Shown: positions 43,572 through 54,341 of the stretch, piece by piece | How positions within the stretch are numbered: position 1 is the first letter of the stretch | Layout of the letters: each line of letters begins with the position of its first letter | Virus record (IMG/VR): IMGVR_UViG_3300017780_003104 | Coordinates: 32,001 to 96,000 of that record | Reading direction: 5' to 3' (one strand) | From: a virus | Taxonomy: Duplodnaviria > Caudoviricetes | DNA length: 64,000 bases | Position numbers and translations under genes: made by a program | The notes under the pieces: generated by a model | Told to the model about the DNA's origin: nothing | Databases searched by the model: none | Seen by the model: the letters and a program-made list of their open reading frames with translations, nothing else

Positions 43572-45362
43572 TCAAGTTAATGGGATTGTTTTAGATTGTA
43601 AATTCGTAACAGATTGTGTTATTCTCTGAATTGCTGTGACATTAAAAGTTTCATTTCCATTAATATAAAAATCCTTAACATTATAATCCAAATCTGTGAT
43701 AGGTATTGTGGATACTTTAAATTCTTCAAATTTGAAAGACCCAGATGATTTATTGAAAATATTTAAAGTATCTTTCGTGTTATTTATAATAATTGTATTA
43801 AAATACACCCCCAGTGAACTATTACAGCATTTAACTGGATTTGTATATTTTATCAAGTCAATTGGAATATTTGTCATATATCTTTCAGATAATGGTTGGT
43901 GTAAAGTATATAATCTACCTATATTATGATGCAACATATACATTTTTCCATTTTTTACAGTTTCACAACTAATGATATTGTTGTAAGTATTCGACTCATG
44001 AATAGTAGATCCAAATATTATAGATGTTTGACTAAACTTTTCAAAGGCTTCATTCCATTTAAATGCGTCATGATATAACAATCTACCATTCTCCAGTCTT
44101 CCATATGGATATGATGGATGTGTTAAATATCTAGCTTGATATTCTTTACTATTATAAATATAAAAAATATTAGAATCTATTTCTGAAAATTTTATAACAT
44201 ACCAAGGCATATCCAACGATATACTTTCAAGGAGTGTATTTATTGGTGTATTATCACTTATGTTTTCAACATCTAATACCATTATATATAATTTATCAGA
44301 TATTTTATTTAATATTAAAATATTATCATCAACTGGATTGATGGATAACTCTAATATTTCCCCCACATCAAATAATGACAGATCTATGGTTTTATAAACT
44401 GTTGATGAGTATTTGACTATGATAGATAAGATACTTCCGTTAAGTGATGTTCTTATATTTTTTCCAAATTTTATAAATTTAGGATTATTATCATTGACTA
44501 TTGTATATCTATCGCCCCATTTTGCAGTAGTCCCCGAAAATTTAAAATTAACATTATTCCAAAAATATTCAGTCGTATCGGTTGGTATTAATTTTATTTT
44601 ATCTATTAATGGTAGATTATCACAATCATAAAAATTGGAAGAGTCATATATTTCTATAAAATCATCATTCACAAACACAACTTTGGAGTCTTCAACATCA
44701 TGATATATAGAATGTGTATAGTCGGGGGTTGTTGTGAAGTCTGGGTGTAGATATTTTGGATATCCATCCAAAATAGTTATTGGAGTGTCACCAATAAAAT
44801 CCCCTTTAATTATATAATTAACAAGACCTGTTGAGCATATATATTTAAATTTACCATCTCCATCCACTACAAATTCCCCAGATTTAATTCTATCTAGGAA
44901 TTCCCATTTTGTTGTATATGAAAATGGGATACTATCTGTTAATTGTGTATTAGTGTGTAAAGTCTCTAAGTCTACATCAGTGTCGGAAAATCCATAGAAA
45001 TGATTATTATTCCTCTCCATATTATAGAGATATGGATTTCCCATAATACCACCCCCAAACATTTTTAAATTATTATATTCTATAGATGTTGATAATCTAT
45101 CTATTTCTTGTTTGTTGATCAAATCAAAAACATTAGAGTAGTATGGGATTGTTTTGTTTATATTTTTATAAACATTATCTAGTTCTAATTTATTTGAGTA
45201 TACATCGGATAGTAATGTATGCTTTTTTACCAAAGGTTCCGATTTAATTGATGATAATTTCCCAGTAAACACGTTTTCATTTTCAACACTAAAAAACCCA
45301 TGATAATCGGTATCATTTAATGTAAAACTCTCACCAGATGTGTATTTATAGTATGATTTCAT
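43572..45362 (-). CDS. putative baseplate/tail structural protein
   Basis: 596-aa beta-rich ORF in the late structural block. Confidence 0.5.
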   Translation of the reverse strand: MKSYYKYTSGESFTLNDTDYHGFFSVENENVFTGKLSSIKSEPLVKKHTLLSDVYSNKLELDNVYKNINKTIPYYSNVFDLINKQEIDRLSTSIEYNNLKMFGGGIMGNPYLYNMERNNNHFYGFSDTDVDLETLHTNTQLTDSIPFSYTTKWEFLDRIKSGEFVVDGDGKFKYICSTGLVNYIIKGDFIGDTPITILDGYPKYLHPDFTTTPDYTHSIYHDVEDSKVVFVNDDFIEIYDSSNFYDCDNLPLIDKIKLIPTDTTEYFWNNVNFKFSGTTAKWGDRYTIVNDNNPKFIKFGKNIRTSLNGSILSIIVKYSSTVYKTIDLSLFDVGEILELSINPVDDNILILNKISDKLYIMVLDVENISDNTPINTLLESISLDMPWYVIKFSEIDSNIFYIYNSKEYQARYLTHPSYPYGRLENGRLLYHDAFKWNEAFEKFSQTSIIFGSTIHESNTYNNIISCETVKNGKMYMLHHNIGRLYTLHQPLSERYMTNIPIDLIKYTNPVKCCNSSLGVYFNTIIINNTKDTLNIFNKSSGSFKFEEFKVSTIPITDLDYNVKDFYINGNETFNVTAIQRITQSVTNLQSKTIPLT

Positions 45363-47635
45363 TTATAATTTTCGAAAGTTACGGTATTTATGATAGTCGT
45401 TGATGGGAGAAATGATGCTTCATCATTTCTTATATGTTGTTCGATATTATTTTTCATATCGGGTGTTGCATTATATAGATTCTTCAATACTATATTTATA
45501 CTATTCGTTTTGAAGGTGGAATTACTACATATTTGTTGAATCGACTCAACATTATCAGTGCTATTTCTAGTACCAGATGGTAGAGTTAGGTATAATGCAT
45601 CAACTTTCGTATTACCGTTTAAAATTGGATATATTGCAGTCGCATCCAATGGAATATATGTATTCTTTAATACAATATTATCAAATCCGTCTGGTGTGTA
45701 TAATGTGATATTAATCGGTTTATCATCATTTTTATAATAATAGAAATCTCCATATAATATATTTTTATTTATATACTTATATGGCGTAACAGTGAATGTA
45801 TATATTAATGTAGTGTTTAAGTATACATACCCAATTCCATTATAACCATCAAATGAAATTGATATAAAATTAGTTTTTAGGGATTTTATAGATGCCGTAG
45901 TTGTGAATGTATCTATTTGTAAATCTGGATATAATGGATCGAATATAATATATTCAAATGATAATAACTCTCCATTTTTAATTATAGTTACACCACATGG
46001 TATTTCATTTCTATTACTTTGGACTTTCCATGATGTGTCATCTCCTTCAAAATAGAAAGATAGTGTGAATTTACTAGTATCATTAATTGATTCGAAAAAA
46101 TTACTAGGATATGTTAATTCATCCTCGGTCCTACAAATAGTATTTGGTATATTTGTTACGGAATTTTCAGATATTCTTTGATATTTATATTTTCTATTTG
46201 GTGAAAATGCTAAATCACTTCGTTTATCAAAAAATTTAGTTTGTGTTATACTGGATGAAATTCCTAAATTTCCATCTATTATAGATTCGATATAAGAATC
46301 TAATGGAGATTTAATATACATCGAGTATGCTTGCATAGCTTCTTCTTTTTCTATTAGATCTGGATAATAATATCTATCAACCCATGATATCTCTTTAGTA
46401 TCTGGATTTCTATATAGCCAAGTGCATAATAAGTGTTGATTATTATTTAAATGTGTTGAATTTTCATCTAATTTATATATTTTATCGGCATATTCTGGTG
46501 TATAATATGGGAATGCGCCAGCTTCTATAAATTTACAATCATTTATATTTATTTTAGAAAATGGATACATATTAGATGGAGTTTCAATTATATTATCACC
46601 TTCAAATATTTTATATGTTTGATTTGCGAAAGAATAATTCAATTCTAATTCATCGGATGCTTCCTTTTTAATATTTTGAAATATTGAAGTATAGTTTCTA
46701 AAGTTATCCACAAATGTAGTGTAAGTATTTCCAGATAATAATATATTTGAATTTGAAAAAGTGTCCAATGGAGTTAATTGATTTTTCAATACTATAATAT
46801 CAGTTAAATAACTATCATCTGAGTATTTCCTATGTAATAGATAGTTATTCTTTAGGTTAAATTCACTTTTATCTACATCGATGGTGTTATTATTATTATA
46901 TGTTATAAATGATGTATTGAGTAATGTATCTGGTGTCGTATATACATTTCTAGAGATTTGAAATGGATTTGAAATATAATCACTAGTATTTGAGACTAAT
47001 ATTAGTGTTGAATTATTTTTAATTAACGTGTAATTGCCTATGTTAGTCGATTTAAAAAATAATATTTTATTAGATGATTCAGAAAATAAATATGTGAAAT
47101 CTTGTGGATTTATATATTCTTCATCGAAAGATAATTTAAATTCATTTATGAAAATTATCTTGTTATCAATGTCGGAAGCCAAGTAATATGTAATATTATT
47201 TGAGGATTTATAGTATATTCTACATTTATTATCATCTAATAATTCTATATTAAATTTTATATCAGATGGGGTATTGGTGAAAATGGGTACCCCATAATTT
47301 TTAGAATCTCTAATATCCCCCTTTAATACATATGGAGTGATATCAATTTTGGAAAAATTTAAATAATAATTACCAATTATTATATCTGTGATTATATTTG
47401 TCGCTTTAAATCTTTCGGATAAAAGAGGAAATATATCGGAGAATAGGTAATTATTAGTTAGATAGAAATTACTATAGTTATTAACTTTAAAATCCTTTGA
47501 ATTGGATAAACATAATGGGAAATTCAAAGTGTAGTTTCCAAAATTTCTCTCAAATTGTAAAAAGTTAACGCCATCCACCGTAGATTGTAAAGTGGGTGAT
47601 GTTAATGCGGATAATGGATATTCTACGGAAGTCAC
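45359..47635 (-). CDS. putative baseplate/tail structural protein (possible C-terminal LamG-like domain)
   Basis: GTG start with TAAATA 5 nt upstream; Asn/Tyr-rich; FTLSFYF...FISISFDG...VYLN. Confidence 0.5.
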   Translation of the reverse strand: MTSVEYPLSALTSPTLQSTVDGVNFLQFERNFGNYTLNFPLCLSNSKDFKVNNYSNFYLTNNYLFSDIFPLLSERFKATNIITDIIIGNYYLNFSKIDITPYVLKGDIRDSKNYGVPIFTNTPSDIKFNIELLDDNKCRIYYKSSNNITYYLASDIDNKIIFINEFKLSFDEEYINPQDFTYLFSESSNKILFFKSTNIGNYTLIKNNSTLILVSNTSDYISNPFQISRNVYTTPDTLLNTSFITYNNNNTIDVDKSEFNLKNNYLLHRKYSDDSYLTDIIVLKNQLTPLDTFSNSNILLSGNTYTTFVDNFRNYTSIFQNIKKEASDELELNYSFANQTYKIFEGDNIIETPSNMYPFSKININDCKFIEAGAFPYYTPEYADKIYKLDENSTHLNNNQHLLCTWLYRNPDTKEISWVDRYYYPDLIEKEEAMQAYSMYIKSPLDSYIESIIDGNLGISSSITQTKFFDKRSDLAFSPNRKYKYQRISENSVTNIPNTICRTEDELTYPSNFFESINDTSKFTLSFYFEGDDTSWKVQSNRNEIPCGVTIIKNGELLSFEYIIFDPLYPDLQIDTFTTTASIKSLKTNFISISFDGYNGIGYVYLNTTLIYTFTVTPYKYINKNILYGDFYYYKNDDKPINITLYTPDGFDNIVLKNTYIPLDATAIYPILNGNTKVDALYLTLPSGTRNSTDNVESIQQICSNSTFKTNSINIVLKNLYNATPDMKNNIEQHIRNDEASFLPSTTIINTVTFENYK

Positions 47636-47643
47636 AATATTAT

Positions 47644-48147
47644 TTAATTACCACTACGAAGTTCCAAGATTGTATTATCTACAAATGTTGATAATTGGTA
47701 TTCTTTTGGGTTCCCTTCCATTGGTAATATGTTGACATTATTCAATTGTAAATCACCAATGGACTCAAAGAAGTCATAAGTTCTAACTGATACTGGTAGT
47801 TTAAACCAAGAATAATCACCATTTGAATAACTTATATATAATTGCACATATAAATTTTTATATAATGATGTAGACGATGGATATATTTTTGTAGAATATA
47901 TTGTATTTAATACTGTATTATTATTCGCTATATTCACATTACTTGCTGTAGTCGTTGTATATACATCATTATCATAAAGTATTGGTAAACCATCTCCCCA
48001 ATCTATTTTGATAAAAATCGGAATTATATTAGAATATATACCTGAAATGTTCAATGATAATTCAGTGAAATCATCTAAATCTATTTGAGGTAGAGTTTGA
48101 ATAATATTCGAAGATGCCGAGGATATCGATACGGTGTAAGTATTCAT
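47644..48147 (-). CDS. small PKD/Ig-like structural protein
   Basis: IKIDWGDG PKD-type motif. Confidence 0.5.
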   Translation of the reverse strand: MNTYTVSISSASSNIIQTLPQIDLDDFTELSLNISGIYSNIIPIFIKIDWGDGLPILYDNDVYTTTTASNVNIANNNTVLNTIYSTKIYPSSTSLYKNLYVQLYISYSNGDYSWFKLPVSVRTYDFFESIGDLQLNNVNILPMEGNPKEYQLSTFVDNTILELRSGN

Positions 48148-50846
48148 AAAATTAATTCAGTATCTAAATAAGAAACCGATTGAGATAGAGTGGATTTTAT
48201 ATTTATTGGTATAATATTATCAAATATTGAGGTGAATGATACACCTCCGAAATTATAACTTTTTTTAGTGATGAATGTTGGATCTGGTGCTAGGTAATAA
48301 TCTAGAGTATGTAGTTGTGCTACAAAGTTTTGATCTTTCAATAAGTATGATATGCTATATACATCATTTTTACTATTATGAGTTAAGATAACATCTGATG
48401 CAGTTATATACCTAATATCCCCACCCGATACACCGAAAAAGTCAGTGATATTTTCGGGTGTTCTGGTATATATTATATTATTTGATAAATTTGCTGGATT
48501 GAATTTATAAATAATTGGGTATACATAGAAGTCGGTTGGGCTTTGTCCGGGAATGTATGCAATTTTGCAATAGGTTATTATATTATCAACCTTTAATCTA
48601 TTTGATATATGATCGAAGTCATTTTGATTATGTGTTATATAATTTAAACTGGTTTTTGGGTCTGCGTATACACCATTGCTATATATGATTTTATCAAATG
48701 TTAGATAATTATCAGTTTCGATCATCAGAATATCATTCACTATTTCAAATCGATTGATCGAAGTTTCCAATTCTGATTTTATATATTCTGAATATCTAGA
48801 ATTTAAAAATTCTAGAGAATCTAATAATGGTGCTATAGTTCTAGTTGTATTATTTCTAATCATCAGAACACTACCTTCTTGAAATTTCTCTAATGGTGAT
48901 AACTCAGTATATTCGACAAAACTATCATCATATGCATATTCTGAATAATAATCAACTGATGTATCGAATGGAACTCCAAATTTTTCACCATCTACATAAT
49001 TAATAATATCTCTATCATAATCAATAAAGGTTGCAGATAGTTGTGGGTATAGTGGATCTAATAATGCACGTTGGGTAGTGTTATATATACCACCTTCTAT
49101 TAAATCAGTATAGTAGAAGGTTCCAACAGACATTTCAAAAGCAGATAAATCCGAGGATATCGCATCTGGATATATATCATTGGTAGGGGTTGTTATAAAC
49201 CCACCTTCTAGTATTTCATATATCGTAACTAATTCATCAGATGTTGGGGTAATTGGTTGTGGATATTGTATAAATTCCGCTCCAGCAAAACTACCAAACT
49301 TTCCAAAAAATAAAGTATCAGTGGCAATAGATGATAGATTATACCCACTTACGGTAACACCAGTTCTTACAATTTCCGAATATGTGGAATAGTCCTCAAT
49401 ATCATAGTCAAACGAAAACCCACTATTATATAGATCATCATAAAATTTATATCCATCGAATATGATATTGGATTTTATTGTTGAAGATATATCGACATTG
49501 ATTGATTCCGGGGAATATATAACACCATGATCATCACTGTTTTTAAATAACCCATAGAGATTTCCATATACATCACATTTAGAATCTGAGATAATTCCGA
49601 AGTTACTCATACTATCTAAATATTTGTTATAATTTAAATCAATTTTAGATACATATCCGTAATATTTTGAATCATATTCGGATGTGGTAGGTTCATTTAT
49701 AGCATTTCCTGAAGAGGCATTCTTCTTCAGGTATGCATCATCGACATTGAATATTAGAACATCGCCATTAACTCCAATTATACTTGGATCTGGGAAGAAA
49801 TATAGAGAATTTGGTAGTAGATTATCGTAATTAAACTCAAAATTCTTTTGCAGCCCATCTAAAACGACAATTGATACTTTAGATGGTCTAAAAAATCCAT
49901 GATCTCTATGAGTTGTAAAATATTCGGTCTGTCCAGTAGATGCTGTTGTTGGATGATATCTATTTACAAAATTTAGAATCCCATTATCAACTTCAAATAA
50001 TTTACCAGATAATATATCAGTGACGGATGATCCGGTTGAAAGGAAATAATAATCAGTATATAGATATTTTTCTGTTAGTTTTCTCTTATTTTCAAATAAA
50101 AGATCAACTTCTTTAATACTCTTTAAAGTATCTGAAAATCCTGAAAATACATCTTCTATAAGATCAACATCATCTCTCAAGAAAATATTAAGTCCGTAGT
50201 CTAAATCTTTATTATCATTGATTGTATCATTTGATGGTTGATCGAAATATGTTGGATATGTGTCATATAATTCATCAATATCGACTGAGAATTTTGTCAA
50301 TACCTCGTCAAAATCGATCAACATTTTACTATCATCTAATGTTTTTAGGTATGCTAGTGATAGATCGTAAATTGTTTTAATCGACCCATAATTTGATCCA
50401 ATAAGTTTATTTCTAATATTACTAAATTTTATAGTAGATCTTCGTTCATTATAATAAGAACATAAATCAATCAACTTTTTACTATAAAACCCTAATATCA
50501 CATCCAGATCGAGGGGATCATTAAAATCTACATTGCTTAAGAATTTCTTTTCTTCTAGAGTAGAATATTGAATAATTATATCTTGTATAAATTCTCTATA
50601 TTTTTCAATTATTAAATCTTGCTCATTTACTTTTTTAGATAGATTTAAAGAATTCCAACTCTTCACATATGTATTGTAATAGTTTTGGAGGGTATCTGGA
50701 TCGAAGGATACAATTATCAATTTTATAAATTGTAAAAATGACATTGGAGATGCAACATCTAAAGCATTATGTCGATCAACACTAGGATTAGTTATTGATT
50801 TCGGAACATCTGGGAATCCTAATTGTAATGATAGTGACAATGCCAT
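48144..50846 (-). CDS. large putative baseplate wedge/structural protein
   Basis: Exact TATAAATA upstream (TAAATA core 50854-50859); 900 aa; first gene of the structural block. Confidence 0.5.
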   Translation of the reverse strand: MALSLSLQLGFPDVPKSITNPSVDRHNALDVASPMSFLQFIKLIIVSFDPDTLQNYYNTYVKSWNSLNLSKKVNEQDLIIEKYREFIQDIIIQYSTLEEKKFLSNVDFNDPLDLDVILGFYSKKLIDLCSYYNERRSTIKFSNIRNKLIGSNYGSIKTIYDLSLAYLKTLDDSKMLIDFDEVLTKFSVDIDELYDTYPTYFDQPSNDTINDNKDLDYGLNIFLRDDVDLIEDVFSGFSDTLKSIKEVDLLFENKRKLTEKYLYTDYYFLSTGSSVTDILSGKLFEVDNGILNFVNRYHPTTASTGQTEYFTTHRDHGFFRPSKVSIVVLDGLQKNFEFNYDNLLPNSLYFFPDPSIIGVNGDVLIFNVDDAYLKKNASSGNAINEPTTSEYDSKYYGYVSKIDLNYNKYLDSMSNFGIISDSKCDVYGNLYGLFKNSDDHGVIYSPESINVDISSTIKSNIIFDGYKFYDDLYNSGFSFDYDIEDYSTYSEIVRTGVTVSGYNLSSIATDTLFFGKFGSFAGAEFIQYPQPITPTSDELVTIYEILEGGFITTPTNDIYPDAISSDLSAFEMSVGTFYYTDLIEGGIYNTTQRALLDPLYPQLSATFIDYDRDIINYVDGEKFGVPFDTSVDYYSEYAYDDSFVEYTELSPLEKFQEGSVLMIRNNTTRTIAPLLDSLEFLNSRYSEYIKSELETSINRFEIVNDILMIETDNYLTFDKIIYSNGVYADPKTSLNYITHNQNDFDHISNRLKVDNIITYCKIAYIPGQSPTDFYVYPIIYKFNPANLSNNIIYTRTPENITDFFGVSGGDIRYITASDVILTHNSKNDVYSISYLLKDQNFVAQLHTLDYYLAPDPTFITKKSYNFGGVSFTSIFDNIIPINIKSTLSQSVSYLDTELIL

Positions 50847-50933
50847 TTGATATTATTTATATCAAAGATCTGAATATCGTTTGGATATGAAATTATTTAG
50901 TTGAAAAACAACAATTTGGAGTAAATACGATAA

Positions 50934-51146
50934 ATGAATACTAAATTGTTTAAAAAGCTAAGGGATAAAGAGGAAAAATTATTAGACATCATCTATGAAA
51001 TTCAAGAATTACTGGATTCAACTGAAGATGAAGAGCTTTCTTCAATGGGGGTCGAATTTTGTGAAATAATGGTCGACTTCATACATTCCAATGATACAGT
51101 ATCTTTAAATGACATCAAAGAATTCATCGAAGAAAATATATCGTAA
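50934..51146 (+). CDS. small acidic hypothetical protein
   Basis: TAAATA (50922-50927) 6 nt before ATG. Confidence 0.55.
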   Translation: MNTKLFKKLRDKEEKLLDIIYEIQELLDSTEDEELSSMGVEFCEIMVDFIHSNDTVSLNDIKEFIEENIS

Positions 51147-52020
51147 TATTTTAATATTAGGTAAGGGATATATAGGTGCTGAATTGGCTAACTTTTTATC
51201 AAAAGTCCAAGATATTAAAATATTCCATATTTCTAGGTCTGATATAGATTATCATAATATCGATATTATGAGAAAGTATATATTAAACAATGAAATCAGA
51301 TATGCAATAAATTGTTCGGGCTTTACTGGTAGACCTAATGTTGATGAAGGGGAAATTAAATCTGAAGAATGCTGGAATTTAAATGTGGTAGTCCCATTAA
51401 GACTCTCCATATTAATGGAGTCTATGGGTGTTAAATATACTCATATTAGCAGTGGCTGTATATATACTGGATATGAAAGGATTTATACGGAGACAGACGC
51501 TCCAAATTTTGGAATGTTTGATATCAGTAGCTTTTATAGTAAAAGTAAACACGCATTCGAAACCTTAGTTAAGGATATCAATATCAAAATATTAAGAATT
51601 AGAATGCCCATATGCTACAATTTAAATAATCCTAGAAATTATCTAAAGAAAATAATGGAATATCCAAATTTGATCGATTATAGAAATTCTAAAACTCTTA
51701 TACCTGAATTATGTATGTTCATTCAATCATTATTGACTGACCAAAAAACTGAGTGGTATAATGGATGTGACATTTACAATGTTGTCAATCCAGATCCATT
51801 GACAACTATGGAGGTTGTGGACCATTTAAATTATATGAACGAGGAAAATTGGAAGATGTTGAATCCTAATTGGGTAAAGATTGAAGATTTATCTATAGTG
51901 GCTCCTAGAAGTAACTGTATATTAGATAATACGAAAGCTGATAACATATTCAAACTTAGTCCAGAGAAAATAGCAATGAATAAAGTCTGCAACTATAACA
52001 ACGGGATTCAGGGAATATGA
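51109..52020 (+). CDS. NDP-4-keto-6-deoxyglucose 3,5-epimerase/4-reductase (NRS/ER, UER1-like; RmlD-superfamily SDR)
   Basis: ILGKGYIG, GFTGRPNVD, SSGCIY, FYSKSK (YxxxK), LRIRMPI..NLNNPRNYLKKI, VAPRSNCILD. Confidence 0.75.
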   Translation: MTSKNSSKKIYRNILILGKGYIGAELANFLSKVQDIKIFHISRSDIDYHNIDIMRKYILNNEIRYAINCSGFTGRPNVDEGEIKSEECWNLNVVVPLRLSILMESMGVKYTHISSGCIYTGYERIYTETDAPNFGMFDISSFYSKSKHAFETLVKDINIKILRIRMPICYNLNNPRNYLKKIMEYPNLIDYRNSKTLIPELCMFIQSLLTDQKTEWYNGCDIYNVVNPDPLTTMEVVDHLNYMNEENWKMLNPNWVKIEDLSIVAPRSNCILDNTKADNIFKLSPEKIAMNKVCNYNNGIQGI

Positions 52021-52751
52021 AAGGTATTATTCTTAGCGGTGGGCGTGGATCAAGGTTATTCCCATTAACATATGGGATTTCGAAGCAATTACTTCCGGTA
52101 TATAAACAACCCATGGTTTTTTATCCACTCAAAACTCTTATCGATATGGGTATCCATGAAGTTTTGATTATTGTCGCCTCAAAACTTCAAAAACAATTAT
52201 TTTTTGAATATTTGGGTGATGGATCTAAGTTTGGAGTTAAATTAGAGTATATCATACAAGAAAATCCAAATGGATTGGCCGAGGCATTTATAATAGGTGA
52301 AAAATTCATAGGTGGTGATGATGTCACTTTGATTTTGGGCGATAATGTATTTTTAACGAATAAAAAAATCGAAACTCAACAAAATGCTATCTTCACATAT
52401 AAAGTAAAAAACCCATCAGATTATGGTGTCATAAAACATGACGAACACGGAAACATTGAGAAGATCATCGAGAAGCCGACAGAATTTGTAAGTAATGACG
52501 CTGTAGTTGGGCTTTATGTGTTTTCAAACATGGCTATTAGCCTAGCCAAAAAGGTTAAACCATCTAAGCGTGGGGAATTGGAAATTGTAGATCTGATAAT
52601 GTTGATGGATATGTATGAGGGTGTATACTCTCAAGAATTTGATGGGGTGTGGTTTGATTGTGGAACACATGATGATTTATTAGAGTGTTCGGAGTTCGTT
52701 CGCGCTCTTGACAAGAGAACGACCCGTGATATATTTCTAAAAGAAATATGA
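52017..52751 (+). CDS. rfbA: glucose-1-phosphate thymidylyltransferase (RmlA), short form
   Basis: GIILSGGRGSRLFPLT...SKQLLPVYKQPMVFYP, QENPNGLAEAF, LILGDN, KPSKRGELEI, WFDCGT. Confidence 0.92.
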   Translation: MKGIILSGGRGSRLFPLTYGISKQLLPVYKQPMVFYPLKTLIDMGIHEVLIIVASKLQKQLFFEYLGDGSKFGVKLEYIIQENPNGLAEAFIIGEKFIGGDDVTLILGDNVFLTNKKIETQQNAIFTYKVKNPSDYGVIKHDEHGNIEKIIEKPTEFVSNDAVVGLYVFSNMAISLAKKVKPSKRGELEIVDLIMLMDMYEGVYSQEFDGVWFDCGTHDDLLECSEFVRALDKRTTRDIFLKEI

Positions 52752-53662
52752 ATATCTGGGTAGAAAAATATAGACCACAAAAGTTAGACGATTTATGTAT
52801 TTCACCAGAAATACGGGAAATTATAGTCAATTTCAATACAAACATACCAAATCTATTATTTTGTGGTATTCAAGGGACGGGTAAAACTACATTAGCTAGA
52901 ATTATAGTTACTGATATTCTAAAGTGTGACTATTTGTATATAAATGCGTCTGATGAATCTGGTGTGGATACAATCCGAACAAAAGTTACTGGATTCTCCC
53001 AAACTAAAAGTCTAGATGGTAATATTAAAGTTGTTATACTTGATGAAGCAGACTTCTTAAGTGGCGCATCCCAAGCAGCACTTAGAAATTTAATGGAATC
53101 GTATTCAAATACTACCAGATTCATTCTTACTGGTAATTATAGACACAAAATAATTCCAGCACTACAATCAAGATGTCAAAGTTTGGATTTTAAACCATCT
53201 TTAAAGGATTCGTTTCTGAGATGTTTGAATATCCTTACTTCAGAAGGTATTCCCACAACATCTGAACAGAAAAAGCAGGTAGTAGCTCTAGTTAAAAGAT
53301 TCTCTCCTGATTTAAGGAAATGTATCAATGAGCTTCAGAAACAATGTATTGATGGAGTCTTGAAAATTAAAGAGATATCTGACAATACTGAAACTCTACA
53401 TAGAATTTGGGACAATATAATGTCAGAACAGGGATTAAAGACTAGAAAGTATCTAATTGAAAATGATGCAGTCTTTAATTCGGATTGGGATCAGTTATTG
53501 GTCGATATGTTGAATTACATATACGATGAACCTATTGATGAATCAATCAAAAAAATGATGATAATCACGATAGCTGAACACTTAGATAAAGCTACAAGAG
53601 TTAACGATAAAGAGATAAATTTCTCTGCGTGTATGCTCAAATTAGAGCAATGCTTACATTAA
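52748..53662 (+). CDS. gp44: clamp loader large subunit (RFC-like AAA+)
   Basis: WVEKYRP, LLFCGIQGTGKTT, INASDE, VILDEAD, RFILTGN, ALQSRC, PDLRKCIN. Confidence 0.92.
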   Translation: MNIWVEKYRPQKLDDLCISPEIREIIVNFNTNIPNLLFCGIQGTGKTTLARIIVTDILKCDYLYINASDESGVDTIRTKVTGFSQTKSLDGNIKVVILDEADFLSGASQAALRNLMESYSNTTRFILTGNYRHKIIPALQSRCQSLDFKPSLKDSFLRCLNILTSEGIPTTSEQKKQVVALVKRFSPDLRKCINELQKQCIDGVLKIKEISDNTETLHRIWDNIMSEQGLKTRKYLIENDAVFNSDWDQLLVDMLNYIYDEPIDESIKKMMIITIAEHLDKATRVNDKEINFSACMLKLEQCLH

Positions 53663-54306
53663 GCTGGTTGTCTAGCACCTTGGAATGCTTTCTTAGCAGC
53701 ACCACCAATTCCAGCAGTCACGCCTCGTTGTGCCGATGCAGCAGCATTACTAGCTGATACATCGCTTGATCCTTGTAGATATTCAATTAATTCAGAGATG
53801 CTCATATCTTCAAAGTTTTGACCACCTTGTAACACACCATCTTGTTCAGCTTGTTGAATGAAACCTCTCAATTGTTCAATTGCATTAAGACCTTTAGTGA
53901 GTGCTTGTGATTGTCTATGTTGGATTTGACCCTTTTGGTATATATCCCCCACATTACTAGCTACTTGTTGAACTCCTGCTTTCCCAGCAGCTACAGCACC
54001 TCTCCCAACATTTGCTGCGGATTGTGCTGCGTTCCCAACAGCAGACTTGGCGGCATTGCCAGCAGACTTCAAACCACCACCTACAGCAGACCCTACATTT
54101 TTAAGACCTGCCATCGCGCCTTGTCCCCAAAACTCATTAAGAATTCTGTCCATGACAGTGTTGATATAAGTTAATTCAGATTCTGACATCAAATGAATCC
54201 TTTTTTCTAATTGAGGAATTGTTAAATTTGGTGCCTGTTCTCTTAAAAGTCTTACATTGTAAGCCTCTTCTAAAAGAGACATATCTGATTTTGTGTATAC
54301 TGACAT
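53659..54306 (-). CDS. Ala/Gly-rich late protein, probable internal virion protein
   Basis: TAAATA 5 nt before ATG; repeated LxE motifs (LLEE, LLRE, ILNE) then an amphipathic Gly/Ala helix. Confidence 0.55.
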   Translation of the reverse strand: MSVYTKSDMSLLEEAYNVRLLREQAPNLTIPQLEKRIHLMSESELTYINTVMDRILNEFWGQGAMAGLKNVGSAVGGGLKSAGNAAKSAVGNAAQSAANVGRGAVAAGKAGVQQVASNVGDIYQKGQIQHRQSQALTKGLNAIEQLRGFIQQAEQDGVLQGGQNFEDMSISELIEYLQGSSDVSASNAAASAQRGVTAGIGGAAKKAFQGARQPA

Positions 54307-54341
54307 ATTATTATTTAGTGGAGTTGTTTTAATATTTGAGA

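Noticed and set aside
51109-52020. Eukaryotic giant-virus (NCLDV) origin of the contig
   Set aside because: gp55, gp17, gp14, gp6, gp25, gp32, UvsX/Y/W and T4-type late boxes identify a T4-like tailed phage.
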